A DNA stretch of 43,397 nucleotides, filler included, from Jimgerdemannia flammicorona (lineage: Eukaryota): the NCBI GenBank assembly GCA_003990765.1. It is 2 parts of 2 records of this genome, joined end to end, with 100 filler letters (N's around TTAATTAATTAA, not from the genome) between each part and the next. Parts side by side here need not be neighbours in the genome. Positions count along the whole stretch, not along the records: positions 21,750 to 43,397 come from RBNJ01001415.1; 1 more part is not named here. One strand, 5' to 3'. Position 1 is the first letter of the stretch. Each line of letters begins with the position of its first letter. Shown here one piece after another: positions 21,851-35,223 of this stretch. A program made the translations under genes and the position numbers. The notes below the pieces were generated by a model. The model was given only the letters and a program-made list of their open reading frames with translations, did not search any database and had not been told where the DNA came from.

Positions 21851-24267
21851 CTACGCACTGCTTTCCCCTTCCTCCACCGACCTCCTAGCCGCAGCCACAG
21901 CCAACGGATTGACCTTGCTCAGGGCAGTCATCATGCGCCTCAATCCGAGCTGCAGCATCTCCCAATCCATCGCGAACGTGAGACGGAACCACCCTTCTTC
22001 CTCGGCATGGAAGGACTCGCCCGACGCAATATAGACGCCATGATCAAGAAAAGAGCGGGCGAGCGCCCGTTCAGCGTGCCGAGCACCGTCGGGAATGGGG
22101 CCATTGCTGGTGGGTGGCTTTGGAAGGAACGAGCGGAGGTCGATGAAGATGAAATGGCCCGCTTGGGCGGGGAGATAGTTTATCGAATGCGAGCGGAGGA
22201 AGTGCGTGAGACGTTCGTACGATTCGGCGAGACGGCGTTGATTGGTAGTAAGGAACCTGAGGAACGTGCCGGGTAAGCGTAAAGATAAGATAATCCACGT
22301 TAGATCGTAGATTGAATAAGTTAATATGCCAGGGGTGCCAGCTAGCCAAACATAACTAGGGGTATCCGGTGCTCCTTGCAATAGACCGAGCCTCCATCCC
22401 AACTTATTTCCCCTCCACGCCATCATCATACGAGCAAATAAAATGGAAGGAGAAGAGAAAGAGAACGAGGAAAGCAGAAACAAAGAAAAATGTAAAAAAA
22501 AAAAAAAACGATGTTCTCTTCGATTCTTCCCACTTCCGAAAATCTCACGCCCATCATCAATGCCACCACGCTCCCCATTAATAAGAACAAAATAGTAGAT
22601 TAATCGAAATTAAAAAAAAAAAAACCACCTAGAAGAGCAAATATGACAGTATCATCCAGCTCCGGCGATTCTCCACCAGCCCTCACAATCTCATCCGCCC
22701 TCCCCACAAACATATAATATTCGCACGCAAACAATGAAAATGACCAACGTGACCGGAAAAGTATCAAGCCATGGCTCGTAAGACAAAAAAAACAACAAAA
22801 AAAAAAAAAAAACTCAACCTCGTTTGATAACGCATATGTAATCATATAAAATGGCTTGTTCTACTTACCAATCCACCCACGTATCGTCGGACAGCATATT
22901 GATGACCAGCGCCTCCGTGGCAGACGACACCCACGTAAAATCACTAAGTACAACGGTAATAAGGAGTTGAGTTAATTGCCATGCCACAATATCAACATTT
23001 GAGGAACCGCCCACAAACACCGCGAACGTATCCCAAATCCGCGGCCAGAATCAATGTCACGAACTGTTCTCGGATGACACCTCGCTTCCTAGGACATTGG
23101 CTCTTACACCCTAGAAATCTGGGGTTGTCACCTAGTTCCTCTTTTAGTCCACTTTATCAAACATACATCCGACCCATTTCTCTGTGCACAGAGAGTCATG
23201 ATACCGGTGTATAAGTGTAGATGCACACCAGCCCTTCTCGGCACCTTTAGCACTCGTACTCCACGTCCAACCAGCTCTTTCCGACCCACCGAGGCACCCA
23301 AAAATAAGACAACAATATATGAATCAAAATATCATTGCAAAATTTGATTACATACGCGATCGCCTTCATCGCATTCACAACATCTGGATTCCACGGCGAA
23401 ATATGGAACCCGACACGGAACCCGTTCAAGCAGAAATCCTTGGAAATGCCGTAGACAACCTGGACCAGTGCCGGATCGATGAGGGAGGCGAGGTTATCGA
23501 GCGAAAGAACAGACATGAAGGGGTCCGACTTAGAATCTCCGATGATGTGGTCGAAGTCGGATAAAGCGTACACTTCGTCGAAGATGGCGTGAAGGTTGTG
23601 CTTGGAGGCAAAGCGGAGGAGGCGCTCTATCACCGCGCGAGAGTAGCATCTGTAAAGGAAACAGGAATATTAGTTGAACAACATGGTAGAAACATCATTT
23701 AAAACGACGAACTCCTTCCACATGGACACACCCGAATCACCGCGTGGATAACTCGATATCCCTTTCCTGACTTCACCCTGAAATCTTTCCTTTACCTCAT
23801 CCCCGTACCTCACTTGACCAACACGCCAAAAAATCGACAATACCTGGCCAAAGGGTTGTGCGGGTTGCAAATGATCATAGCACGAACATTGATCCCATCT
23901 GCCACGGCTTTCTGATAAGCGCTCTCGAGACTTTCGACATGATCAACATCGAAAGGGGAACGCCCCTCGAGGTTAACGGTGATAGTGCGCGCGCCCGACC
24001 TGACGGTCACGTCCGAATCGAAGGTCCCGTAGTAAGGTGCGGTGATGAGTACGGCATCACCGGGGTCGCAGATCGCGTACGAGAGGCCGTTGATGGCCGC
24101 GCTGACGCCGTTAGTGACGGTGATGTGATCGGGATGTACGGGTGTCTTAGGGTCGAAGTACTTGTTCAACAGCTTCGCAACATGCGTGCGAAGCTCAACG
24201 GAGCCGTGCGGCAAGCCGTATTGTAGGTGCTATAGGGACCATGAGGGCGAGAAGAGAGGGAACGAGA

Positions 24268-24309
<42 letters not shown>

Positions 24310-24828
24310 AAAATAACGAAAAAGAATGGTCAGCGTATTGCCGTAGAGTATGCGAGAGGTTGGATCGGCTGTGCGAGAAACAGCCTAGCGTGAGATGCAA
24401 GTGCGAAATGGTAATATATGGGTAGACATACGGCATAATCCAGTTCGAAAAGGCTCGGTAGCTACGACGTGGAGATCATGAAGCACGTGCGAATATGGTC
24501 GGAATGTGAGCTCAAATGGTGTCTGTGCGCACGCTGTCAAATCGAATAGGTTTACGCTCCCACGCACAAAAACCATTCAACCGCCGACACAAATCCCCGC
24601 GCGATCCCTGCGCACCCCAAGCACGTCTTCGCCAGCATACATGGACGTTACCTTCTGCAATAACTCTTCTTGCATCAATTTATTCTCCGCGACGCCGAGG
24701 CTAATTAAGCCGTCAGCATTGTCGTTCCTGCTGTACTGGTTCCTCTGCATTTCTTGCAGACCTTCTTTGAGCAGATTGGTCTGCCTGAGGTCGGCGACGG
24801 CCCTTTTGGACAGATATGCCTTAGTCAT
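21851..24828 (-). CDS. PLP-dependent class I/II aminotransferase, ACC-synthase-like (6 exons, about 455 aa)
   Basis: Exons 24828-24652, 24461-24432, 24229-23844, 23649-23356, 22943-22869 and 22256-21851, with GT-AG introns in consistent phase. Motifs GLISLGVAENKL, PYYGTF, NPHNP, DEVY, YGISKDFCLNGFRVG (PLP lysine) and GWFRLTF. Confidence 0.9.
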
Positions 24829-25461
24829 GATTGGTGTATAATGAGGCTTTGCAATGAAAAGTGTACGATCTATGTTTCCAAGTGGTCGTTAAGGGCTGTC
24901 GTTAGTCGTTGGCAGCGGGTCGAGGGTGGCAGGGAATAGGAATAGGTGGAGGAGGGGGGGTAAGGGTGGGAAGGAGGTTGGGTCGGGAAGGAGGGGGTGG
25001 GCGCGTCCAGCGGGGAAAGGGGGTGGGGGTTTGAGTGTGTTTGTTTGTTTACGCGGCTTTAACAGAGTACCTATTGGGTGATGTTTGGCAGTGGGCTGGT
25101 GGTGTGGTGTCGTTGCGAAGCGAAAGGTACTACAAACACGCGGCCTCGGCACAAATGCAGCAGCACGTCCAGTCCATGTTGATTGGGAACCGCACCCCAA
25201 AAAATTTCCCCCGTCATCCAGATGGCACAGACCTTGTTACGATTAAATTGTGTTCCTGCACTGCTAAACAAAACAAAAACATATTACACCAATCCACATT
25301 GCTCAGCCGCTTGATTGCGCCTCCTCTCTGAACCTACGTGGAAAGGATGGAAAGAAAGAAAAAAAAACACCACCTCATTGTAGGCTATGTAGATAGATCC
25401 AACTTCATTGCTTTCATTTCCAACGTCGTCCCGTGCCTGGTTTTTCAATTTCGCTCCTTCC

Positions 25462-26993
25462 TCAGGCAACCTTCTCACCCAGCCCCAAGCTCGTCAAACC
25501 CCAAGTGACGTACGTCCACAAGTTTGGCGGCAATGTGTGAGCGAGGAACGTGGCCATGAACTCCAGGAAGGGGAAGCTGATGAGAAAAACGCCATCGGCG
25601 AGACCATCCTGTCATTTGTTCGGCATGTGATTAGAATTGATACAAAGGACGAGGTGGCGGAAATAGATCAACTCCTCGTACGAACCTTAATGTACTTTGC
25701 GGCGCGACGAGGATCGACGTGCATTATCAAGGGCAAGCTGGATTGCAACTTGGTTGAAAGAGCGGTCCGAACCAACCCGGGAGTGACAACTGTTGCGTCC
25801 AGATCGGCGGGTGCGGCGGATATGAAGGTAAATATTCCCAACACCAATGTATCCGAATGAATGTTATCACCAATAAACCGGGACGACGACGACAATTTGC
25901 GTAAGAGTCCTGAAGGAATCACGCGCAACCTACCGCTGACCCAGATATTATCCTGTTGGCCAAGGTAATGGAGATCGCGGGCGAATGCGGTGAGGGCCGA
26001 CTTGCTTTGGTTGTACCAAATCATGTTGGCCACGCCATAGAACGAAGCGACGGAACTGACGACGGCAATTTGGCCATACCCACGTTGCTGCATCTTCTTG
26101 AAGATGGGCATAATGGTCGCTTAAAAAATAATGCAAGCCAAAAGACGTTAGCACCATCAAAAATTCTGTACGCGCATCGGCGGTACAAATCGTTGTCCCC
26201 TCGAACTCACCATAAACAGAGGTTATGTTGACATCCACAATGTGTTTGTACATATCCTGCCAAGAAATGGTTCGCAAATCGAGGCCGGAGGTTCCAGCGT
26301 TGGCGATGACGAGATCGATCTATGGTGGAGAGAGCAAAGTGCGCCAGTGATCAAGCGAAGAAATCGATAAGACCACATTCAGTAGTACGTACTGTTTGCC
26401 TCGACCAAACGGTCTGCAATAGCTGCTCCAATTTGTCTTTATTTGAGAGATTGAATGTAATTGCCTCAACCTCAGCGCCTTGGAGGGAACATCGTCTGGC
26501 GACGGCACCAAGGCGGTCTAAAAAAAAAGGAGGGGGTTATAATGAATTGGCCAACGCATATCGCTTCGAACTTCACGCAATGACTCCTCGTAGCAGCGTG
26601 ATTCTTTTTCTTTTGATCTGCTAACACTTGCTTTCGACGTACCAACATCGTTCGCGAGCAAGATCAGCGTAACTCCGGGAGCTGCATATTCCAATGCCAG
26701 CTGAGCTCCAATACCGGATCTACGTGCAATAAGAAATGTCAGATAGTTCTATTTTCTTCAAAAATAAATAAATAAATAAATAAAATAGACAATCCAAACC
26801 ACTGCCTAGACACTCACGAAGCGCTGGTGATGAGAATGTTCCTCGGCTTCCTCGGCTTCGGCTTGAGTCCCGTCACACCCAGCGCCAGCTCGCACAGAAA
26901 CAGGACAAAGGTGGCCGGTATGACAGTGAACATGATGCAGAAGGTGCCAAGGGCCAGGACCCAGTTCTGGATGGCAGCGTAAATATGACCCAT
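25462..26993 (-). CDS. Short-chain dehydrogenase/reductase with N-terminal membrane anchor (multi-exon)
   Basis: MGHIYAA... hydrophobic N-terminus, ILITSAS/SGIG across an intron, IDLVIANAG, VVSS, catalytic YNQSK and VTPGLVRT. Last exon ends ...GEKVA*. One internal exon junction (about 25790-25940) was not resolved. Confidence 0.85.
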
Positions 26994-27521
26994 TGGAGAC
27001 TAAGAGTAGCTGTAGCGATGTTGAGTTCTGTGGGGAAATAGTGCTTTCTCATGCGAAAAGGGAAGAGAAGCGATTCGAACTGAGTCTTTTTTTTATTCAA
27101 GAGATCGCTATTCCTCACTGCTTCGTCACGGTGATTCAAGAGTCGCTCAAATGAGGTATCTGCTTTACATGACTGACGTGGGCAGAGCGAATATACTTAG
27201 TGTGATTTCATAGGAACGTAATGATAACGTGATTCTAGCGACATCTTGTTTCTCCTCCCGTTACTTTCGTGCATTGAAAATTAGCCATCGAAAAAATAAA
27301 ATCAATGAGCAAAACCGACCTCCGCGCCTATTAAAATCTAGCTCACGACCAGTACGTTTTTCCAGGCACACAGATCTCGCCTATTCCGATAGACTTGACA
27401 GTAGTGCAATGGTACCCTTTTTTAATTGTCAATAACCTCAAGTTTCCCAATTTTGAATTCAGGTATCGAGAGAAAAATGTATCTATTTTTGGCATCAATT
27501 TTACATTCCTCCGCAGAAACA

Positions 27522-29487
27522 TTACCGAATATTCCCCTCGGTCAACGACTTCACCGTCACGGGACCTTTACTCGTCATGAAAGGCACTCCCTTATAATGC
27601 GCCACCCTCTCCATCGTCAACCCAAACTCCACCGCCACCTTCCCAAACATGTTTTGTTTCGGGTTCAGCACCTCCCCTCCCCTCAGGGCAGTCTCGTACC
27701 CCTCCCAAGTGACGGCCTCGCCGATCTCGGCACCCTCAGGCGGCTCGAGCAGTTCGATGACTTTACCCTCAGCGTCTGACGCCGCCAGGACCATTGCATG
27801 GGATTCGACACCCTGGAACTTAGCCGGCTTCAAGTTGCAGACCGTGAGGATACGTCTGCCCTGCAAGTCAGCAAGCGGGATGTAATCGGCAAGGCCGGAA
27901 ACCACTGTCCGAGGACCCGTTGCGTCGCCGACTTCAATCTCCTCAATGTAAGATTTCGGGTTGTTGGGGTGGGACCTAGCGCTGATGATTTGAGCGACGC
28001 GGATGTCTGAGAATGAAAATATTGACACCTAGCCATAAGAATGATGGAGTCCTTTCTCCACGCGCAAACCGATAGATATTGCCGATGCCTCGATCGAACT
28101 ACCTAGCACTAGCATTCCTACCTAACCTCGACACATCTTCGGGCTTCTCGGAACCCTTCTTGCTCCCAGTCGCCGTTGCTCCTGCCGCCGGTACTACGGC
28201 CTCTTTCTTCGGCACGACCTTCTGCTTGACCTTATCCGAGACCTGCGGGTACGCCGTCTCTATGAGCTTGAGTAGCTCCGAGTCCTTATTGAACGTTTCG
28301 CGAATAGGCGCGAGCAGGGCGTTCAGGGCGGCAGTAGCGCCGGCCTTCAGATCGCCTGGATGCACCTTCTTGTCACGGAAATCAGCCTCAAGCGCGTGAT
28401 AATCAGTGTAGCGGATGTCGCCTCCAAATTTCTCGAGTCGACGGATCGTAAATTCAGGCTGCTTGCCGTAGAGGGATCCTAGCGGAAAGAGTACGGCCTT
28501 GATGAACGACAGGATGCCATTGTCGGTGACGTTACCTTCCTCGCAGAAGGCCTTCTTGAGCTTGCGTTCGACAGCCTTAGGGTCATCCAGCAGGTCAATC
28601 TTGGAGTCCGGATCCGACGAGGACATCTTAGACCCAGCGAGACCGGGGACCATGGGATTCATGAGATGGGCGCGTTTCTTGTAGCCGAGCTGCGGGAGGT
28701 ACTTCTCCGCCATGACGAAGATCTTGCGTTGGTCGACGCCGCCAAACTGCGCGTCCACCTCCAGAAAGTGCTCGTCCAAGGCCTGCATGCCCGGGTACAA
28801 GAGACCAGAGAGTAAGGGGGACTCCACCTGCTTCACGACCTCGGCGCCGGCCTTCTTGGCATCGTGCTCGGTGATGCATGCGCACAGACGGAAATTGTCC
28901 ATGCTATAAGCGGCCGAAAGCTGGTAGTTCGAGCCGACGACAAACTTGAGCTTGTCGATAGGGGTGCCAATGGAGGTGAGCATAGCCTTGATGATGGCCT
29001 CGTAGTACTTGGTGCGGTGGTTGACCAGCTCGAGAGGAGCTTTCATGTTATCCAGAAACGCATGTATATCGGCAAGTAATATCGTAACCTTGGTGATGGA
29101 AGAGGTGGATGTAAAATAGCCGTGTTAAGGAGGGTAACAGCAAATACATCCGGTGTATTATTGGTGAAGGGCACACGCATTCAATGCCAGCAGTGTTCCT
29201 CTTTTCCTTCCTACTCTGCTTACTTCTGAGAACTCGAGAGCCTAGATATTGTTCCCCCTTTCCGGAGAAAAACAAGAGCATCTCACCTGGCATCCAGCGG
29301 CCAAGAAGTCGGCAATCTTTGACATTGGCACGAAGTAGCCGATGTGAGGCTTGCCGGTCGGAGCGGTACCCCAGTAGAGCTTGAGATCCCGCTCGGCGAG
29401 GACTTTTTTGATCTCGTCCTCGCCTAGAACCTCCTGCAGGTTCCGAGTAATGAGGGTGAATTTCTCGTCGGGGTTGAGTTGAGACAT
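27522..29487 (-). CDS. TYS1: Cytosolic tyrosyl-tRNA synthetase with C-terminal EMAP II/Arc1p-like tRNA-binding domain (3 exons, 550 aa)
   Basis: Exons 29487-29287, 29088-28122 and 28006-27522 are in phase. Motifs [32 protein letters not shown] and KMSSS. C-domain LDIRVAQI...RTVVSGL...[20 protein letters not shown]. Confidence 0.96.
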
Positions 29488-29525
29488 GTTGCAAGCAGAA
29501 GTTGAGGCCTTGATTCACTAGGTCT

Positions 29526-29557
29526 TCTGAGTCACTGACTTTTAAATCTGAGTCACT
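29526..29557. promoter_or_regulatory. Tandem TGAGTCA (Gcn4/CpcA/AP-1-type) sites upstream of TyrRS
   Basis: TCTGAGTCACTG occurs twice, 21 bp apart, with cores at 29528-29534 and 29549-29555, 40-70 bp upstream of the ATG. Confidence 0.5.
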
Positions 29558-30255
29558 GGCTTGCGCAGCAATTTTAAAACGCGCCTTGTCCAATCAGAGG
29601 CGTTCACAAGCCACCACATTTTGTGGCTTGGCCATCGAGAGAGACGTCATCATCAAACCAATGTCATGTCTCTGACAAAGCTAATTGAGTATTGTGAAAA
29701 AAATAAAAAATAAAGGATGAGTAAATTCAACAATAATTTTATCATTTTATTTACTATAATATAATAAAGTATATATTATTTAAGTTTATATTATTTTATT
29801 CAATAGATATTTGAATAATATAAATATAATATTAATTTTTATATAATATAGTTATTAAATAAAAAAGTTGTAAAATTATATTTTTTATTTTACTTATAAT
29901 ATTCTAAAAGATCTATTATAAATATATTTATTATAATATTATTAGTTAACAACTAATATATCTAAACAAAATAAAAATAAGAGTAAATTGCAGTCAACTG
30001 TTCTCATCCATCATTCTTAAATGTGAGAAATTGCACTATTACAAGTGAGAGGATCAATAAACTTGCTCATGCACTCATCTGCAAAAATTGATGAAGGACA
30101 GTTTCGAATATCCATTAGCACCAAAATATTGGCAGATGTGGACCCATTGCTTGAATTCGTTATAAATGAATACGGTTCAGACGATTTCGACCTCGGTTCC
30201 GAAATTGATTCTGGCCCAGTTATGAGCCCGACTCGGCAAGCCACTAATTATTGAA

Positions 30256-30341
30256 AACATCGATCGAACAAACATCGATCAAATATTGACCAAATAAACA
30301 TCGATCAAACATTGATCAAACATCGATCAACATTGATCAAA
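30256..30341. repeat. Minisatellite of about 11-bp units AAACAT(C/T)GATC
   Basis: About seven imperfect tandem copies. Confidence 0.8.
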
Positions 30342-30951
30342 CCCGACACATGCACACAAGAGATGTTTGATTGCGGACTTGATCGTTTTTACGTGCGGAC
30401 TATTGCACACATCATCACTGCTGCGTCATCACTGCATGACCATGTTGCGGTCTACTAGTACGTCATCATGCAGCGCGATGTGCAATGATTATCGAGTATG
30501 ATGTAGCAATATATTTAACGTTCGATTTCCTACATTTATTTATTTTTATCGCAAACCCTCTACTTTCTCCGATTCCTTCATGTCGATACATGCGAACAAT
30601 CGGCAATGAGAGATTCAATGCAAGCAAGGAAGCCCCTGAAAGGCGGTTTTTCCAACGACGGCGCAAGATAGAACGAAAATAAATATAATGCGGAATCAAT
30701 ACACTCGCTGTCTATATTCTCTCGTGGATGCCGCTTGCAATGAATAGCCACGCAAGATAGACAGGCGGTTCACATAAACCAGCAGGCCAATGGAAGCAAC
30801 GAGCGAATATGAATGGGTGTAAACTTGCACATTAATGGCGAGCTACGATCAATGAGAAATAATGCGCGCATCGGACGAAAGATCAATGATGCAGGCAATA
30901 GAGGGACGGCGATGCAGCAGTGGTGGTGATGATTAGTAATGACGGCGGCAA

Positions 30952-30982
<31 letters not shown>

Positions 30983-33867
30983 AGACACAGTGCACAGAAT
31001 GTTGAAGAGAGATTGTATTCATTCATGGCAGACGCGGTTATGGCCACGCGGCAAATGTTTTTTTTATCAATGAAGGCAGCAAGCGCAAGCATGACCAGTG
31101 ATCAGAGTGACGTACTCACAGCGATAAATAGTATAAATAGTAAAGAAACAAAGAAAATGCACTCAAGAACATATTCAAGGGCAATGAGTATCGTGTAAAG
31201 AGAGTCATTATGCTGCAGAAGATTGTTGTGGGCCAATCGTGCGACTACGTCAGTGTAGTCGGTTTTTACGAAGACGAACTACTGGAGAAACAAGACACTC
31301 AAATCCTTGACTGATTCCAGCTACTGTTTATCTGTTGGCACCAAACGCTAACATGAACCCGCAGTAGCCGACGATACCGAATCTGAATTGTCCTACATAT
31401 ACCATCTTTCCTAACTAACCGAAGAAACCGAGGCAACCGATGTAATATATATATTGGTAAATTCCACTAAACAGCAAACGCTTGAAAACGATGCCGAGTT
31501 GCTGAAGAAGCTTCTAAAGACCTTCGGGTGGGTTGCCTATCGTAATGCATGACACGAGTGTTTCTGTTGAATAATATACCTTCAGCCGGTTTATCAAAAT
31601 GTGAAATCATTCAAACCTAATTCGGATTCAAAATCGATATCGCTGACATCCGTTTCATTCTCTGGCTTCATACGGATCAACGGGTCAAATGTAGATCGGG
31701 GTGGATATCTGAAAAATCTGTCGGTTGGTATCGTCATAACGGCATACTCGGATATCATTATGACCACTAATACTCTTTATATATATTTGTCCATGATCTG
31801 AATTTCGCCATCGAACGAATCACGGTCAGGCAACGTGACTAAAGTGGAACCTTCGCCTTCAAGAGTTCGACTATGAAACCAAACTTCAACCAACAGCGGT
31901 TTGATCGGCAAATGGCGATACGTTTCCTTTAACGATGTGGCCGTTGTGGATGAAAATGGTATGATGCTCGATATGATGCTCGGTATGATCCATGCGAAAA
32001 TTCAGGGGTCATATCGGCTTTGCGGGTGGATATCATACACGACGTCTAATGACAAAATGTCATAGTATCTTTTTTTTTTTTTTTTTTGGTCATACTATCT
32101 TATACTTCGCGATCCGTACAACTGCAAGTAAATATCGCACACATGTTTAATGCCATAATAGCAACTTTAAAATAAAACCGAGAGCACATGATTTTCTTAG
32201 ATCAAATACAGACTAGCAGTTGATCACAATGTGCGACATGTTATAACAAGACGACGCGGCAGTGATGACGTACAGTAATGACGTATAATGACGTATTAAT
32301 GACGTGGTAATGCCGCAGCCGCCGGAACGTTTACACGTCATTACCCGAATGGAAGGCACCAGATTAAAGGCCAATGGGCGGATAATAAGAAAATCGGACG
32401 ATATGGCCAGATACAACGGTGTCCGACAGGAGGCAATAATCTAAATGCAGGTAGTGGCAGCAAAACATACCATTTAAACATTCAGCACCATAGGTATGTA
32501 GTCACGGCATGTTCAGCCCGACCAGGATACAGCATCGGATCACTGGCTCGACCAGGTCCCTGCTATGATAAGCCTGTTGAGTATCAGGCCAATACGAGAT
32601 GCGTAGCAGGTCCGCAAAAACCAGGTTGAGTCTGGTTATACTGCTCGCATTGACCATAACGAAATGCCAGTGACATACTCTACTGAGTTGGCACATAAAC
32701 TAACTCAACTATACTGTGCGATGATTCAAAGTTGTACCTCCAGAAGTGATATGATCATGTAGGACTTGTATCCTGGTGGTGGCCAAGCCGTAAGATAATC
32801 CTTAGATTAAGCTGTTTAATGTATGAAGCGTCTCTCGGTCCCGTACCCACATTTGTAAAATACAATGATAGAGTGATCGTAGATATAATTCATCACCATG
32901 CAATTATTGCACGGTATAGCATTGGCGTTTCGGACGTCGCATGGACCATATTATCGGGTATATTTTTTATAACATAATCAACTCGTATGCTGTGATGGTA
33001 CTTGGGCTGTACCAACCAATATAGTGCGCTTATACGTGATCAACCTAATCAAATTGTCGACATCATCGATGGTTATTATGACTTCGAGCATGCATCAAAT
33101 ACCCATGAACAAATAATGGCAACCACAACAACATTAATTTTATTAGTTAGAAAAGGGTATCATTTTTTTTTAAAAAAAAAATATATATATTAATATAATT
33201 TCTCTATCTTAATTATATTAATATAATGGGTCTTATATATTATTTTATTTCTTATAATATTCTTTACCAATTGTCTTTATTTTATTTATTAATTAATCTT
33301 AACTAATATATATATATTTCATAAATGATTTATAAAAACAAAATTCATTATTATATTTTTAAATAAATATTTTAATTAAAAGACTTAATAATATATAAGC
33401 TATTTTAGATATTAAATAAATAATTTAAAACTAAATAAGCAAAATAATCAAAAGTTAATCCATATTTAATAAGTAATTTATAATATATTTATTTATTTAT
33501 TTATTTTTTAAAAAAGACTCAATATAATTTTATATTTTAAAAGTAACTATACTTATTCTACTTTATGGAGAATATTAAATCATTAAAACGTTATAAAGTT
33601 GGGAATGAAATAAGACACACAGACGAGATGACGTCACAAATTGACTGTCTGGTTTTGTTACAGCACGATCCAATATATTGGTAAAAATTCATATGTGCAG
33701 AAGAATGGTTAGATACAGGAAAGTGAATAAAACTTGGCCATACAAGAGAGGATGAAGAGAATACGGGTAGAATAGATCCACATTTTGCGAACCACTGCAA
33801 TTTCTCCAAGCAAATTCAACATCCTCTACACATCTACCCCGATCTTTACCCTCCCCTCACGTGGAAA

Positions 33868-35223
33868 TCAATCCCACATGGTGGAGATTTCCGAGTGCCA
33901 CGTCGACGCTCCTTCGAATCCGTTCTGACCGCGCTCGTAGTCGAACATAGCGGAAAAGATCTCTTGTTCTGTGTTCATGACAAAGGGTCCATATTGGACG
34001 ATGGGTTCCTAGATGAAAAAAAAAAAAAAAAAAAAAATCGAGCACGTGAGTCGCCTGGAGGTGTGAAACGAATACCATGGCCCCTCACATTCTCACCTTG
34101 ATCGGTTCTCCCGCGATGATAACAAAGTGTGCCTCGCTCGTGGTAGTCTCGATGGGAATGGTTTCACCTCCATTATCGCTCAGGACCAGTGTGTAGTGCG
34201 CTTCACCTTTCTGGTGGTTGCCGCCGAATAAGGCCGTGCCGGAGAGGGTGTAAATGAAGCCAGCGTAGCTTTTGGGTATGATCTGGGTGGTGGGGCAATT
34301 GATAACAACAGCAAATCAAGGTGAGAATCAACCCATCCAAGCTTTCATATGTAGGCGTCGAACATCCCACCTCAGCGAATTATCTTTACATTATACTAGA
34401 CGCCGGTATCGCATGACTCAATCTCTACAAATCCTGGTACATTTTAATAATACGATAATTGATTTACCTGCTCAACTTTCTTCCCCTTTGCCATTTTGAT
34501 ATCGACGTACATGGTCGGATTTTTGGTGATGACTCGGCTCTTGACACCGTACGACTCGCCAGCGATGACCTTGATCACGACACCTTCCTCGGGGTTAGCC
34601 CTTGGAATGTTTTCGTCCAGCAGTTCCTGGTAATTGGGCTCATCCATCTTGTGCCTGGCGGGGAGGTTAACCCAGAGCTGGAGCCCGCGCGAGAGGCCAC
34701 GCGTGCCGGGCATCTCGCTGTGAAGGATGCCTATGGGACGGATAAACGATTTAATCGATCACGTGCACCGTAATATCGGCTTAAAATTGGCAAAATGTGT
34801 ATTACCTCTGGCTGCCGACATCCATTGCAGGTCACTGTAAAGGTGGGTGGGAAGTGTAAAGGGAAATTCAAATCGTCATTCTCACTATATGGCGGACGAA
34901 CGTCATGTGTCCACGCTGTCCATATTTTTTCTTTTCTTGAAGGCTGAGCAAACCTACCCAGGTCCAATCTTGCCCTTATGACCTTTAAAGTCCTCGTGCC
35001 ACATGGAGCCTTCAAGCATGTAAGTGACGGTCTCAAACCCGCGGTGTGGATGGTCGGGGAAACCGGCTGGCGGGGAGATGGAAAACTCGTCGAGCATCAG
35101 GAATGGGTCAAGGTTGCGCAGCTCGCGACGACCGATGGAGCGACGAACAGTAGCGCCGGCGCCTTCAGGCTGTTCGCGCGACAAAACGGATTTGACGATG
35201 GTGCGGGTCACTTTGGTGGCCAT
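33868..35223 (-). CDS. Pirin family bicupin protein (5 exons)
   Basis: EGAGATVRRSIG, DPFLMLDEF, DHPHRGFETVTY, DLQWMSAARG, ILHSEMP, GLQLWVNLP and EPIVQYGPFVMNT. GT-AG introns; TGA at 33870-33868. Confidence 0.95.

Noticed and set aside
30256..30341. Tandem repeats as a CRISPR array
   Set aside because: Contiguous units of about 11 bp, no spacers, eukaryotic context.
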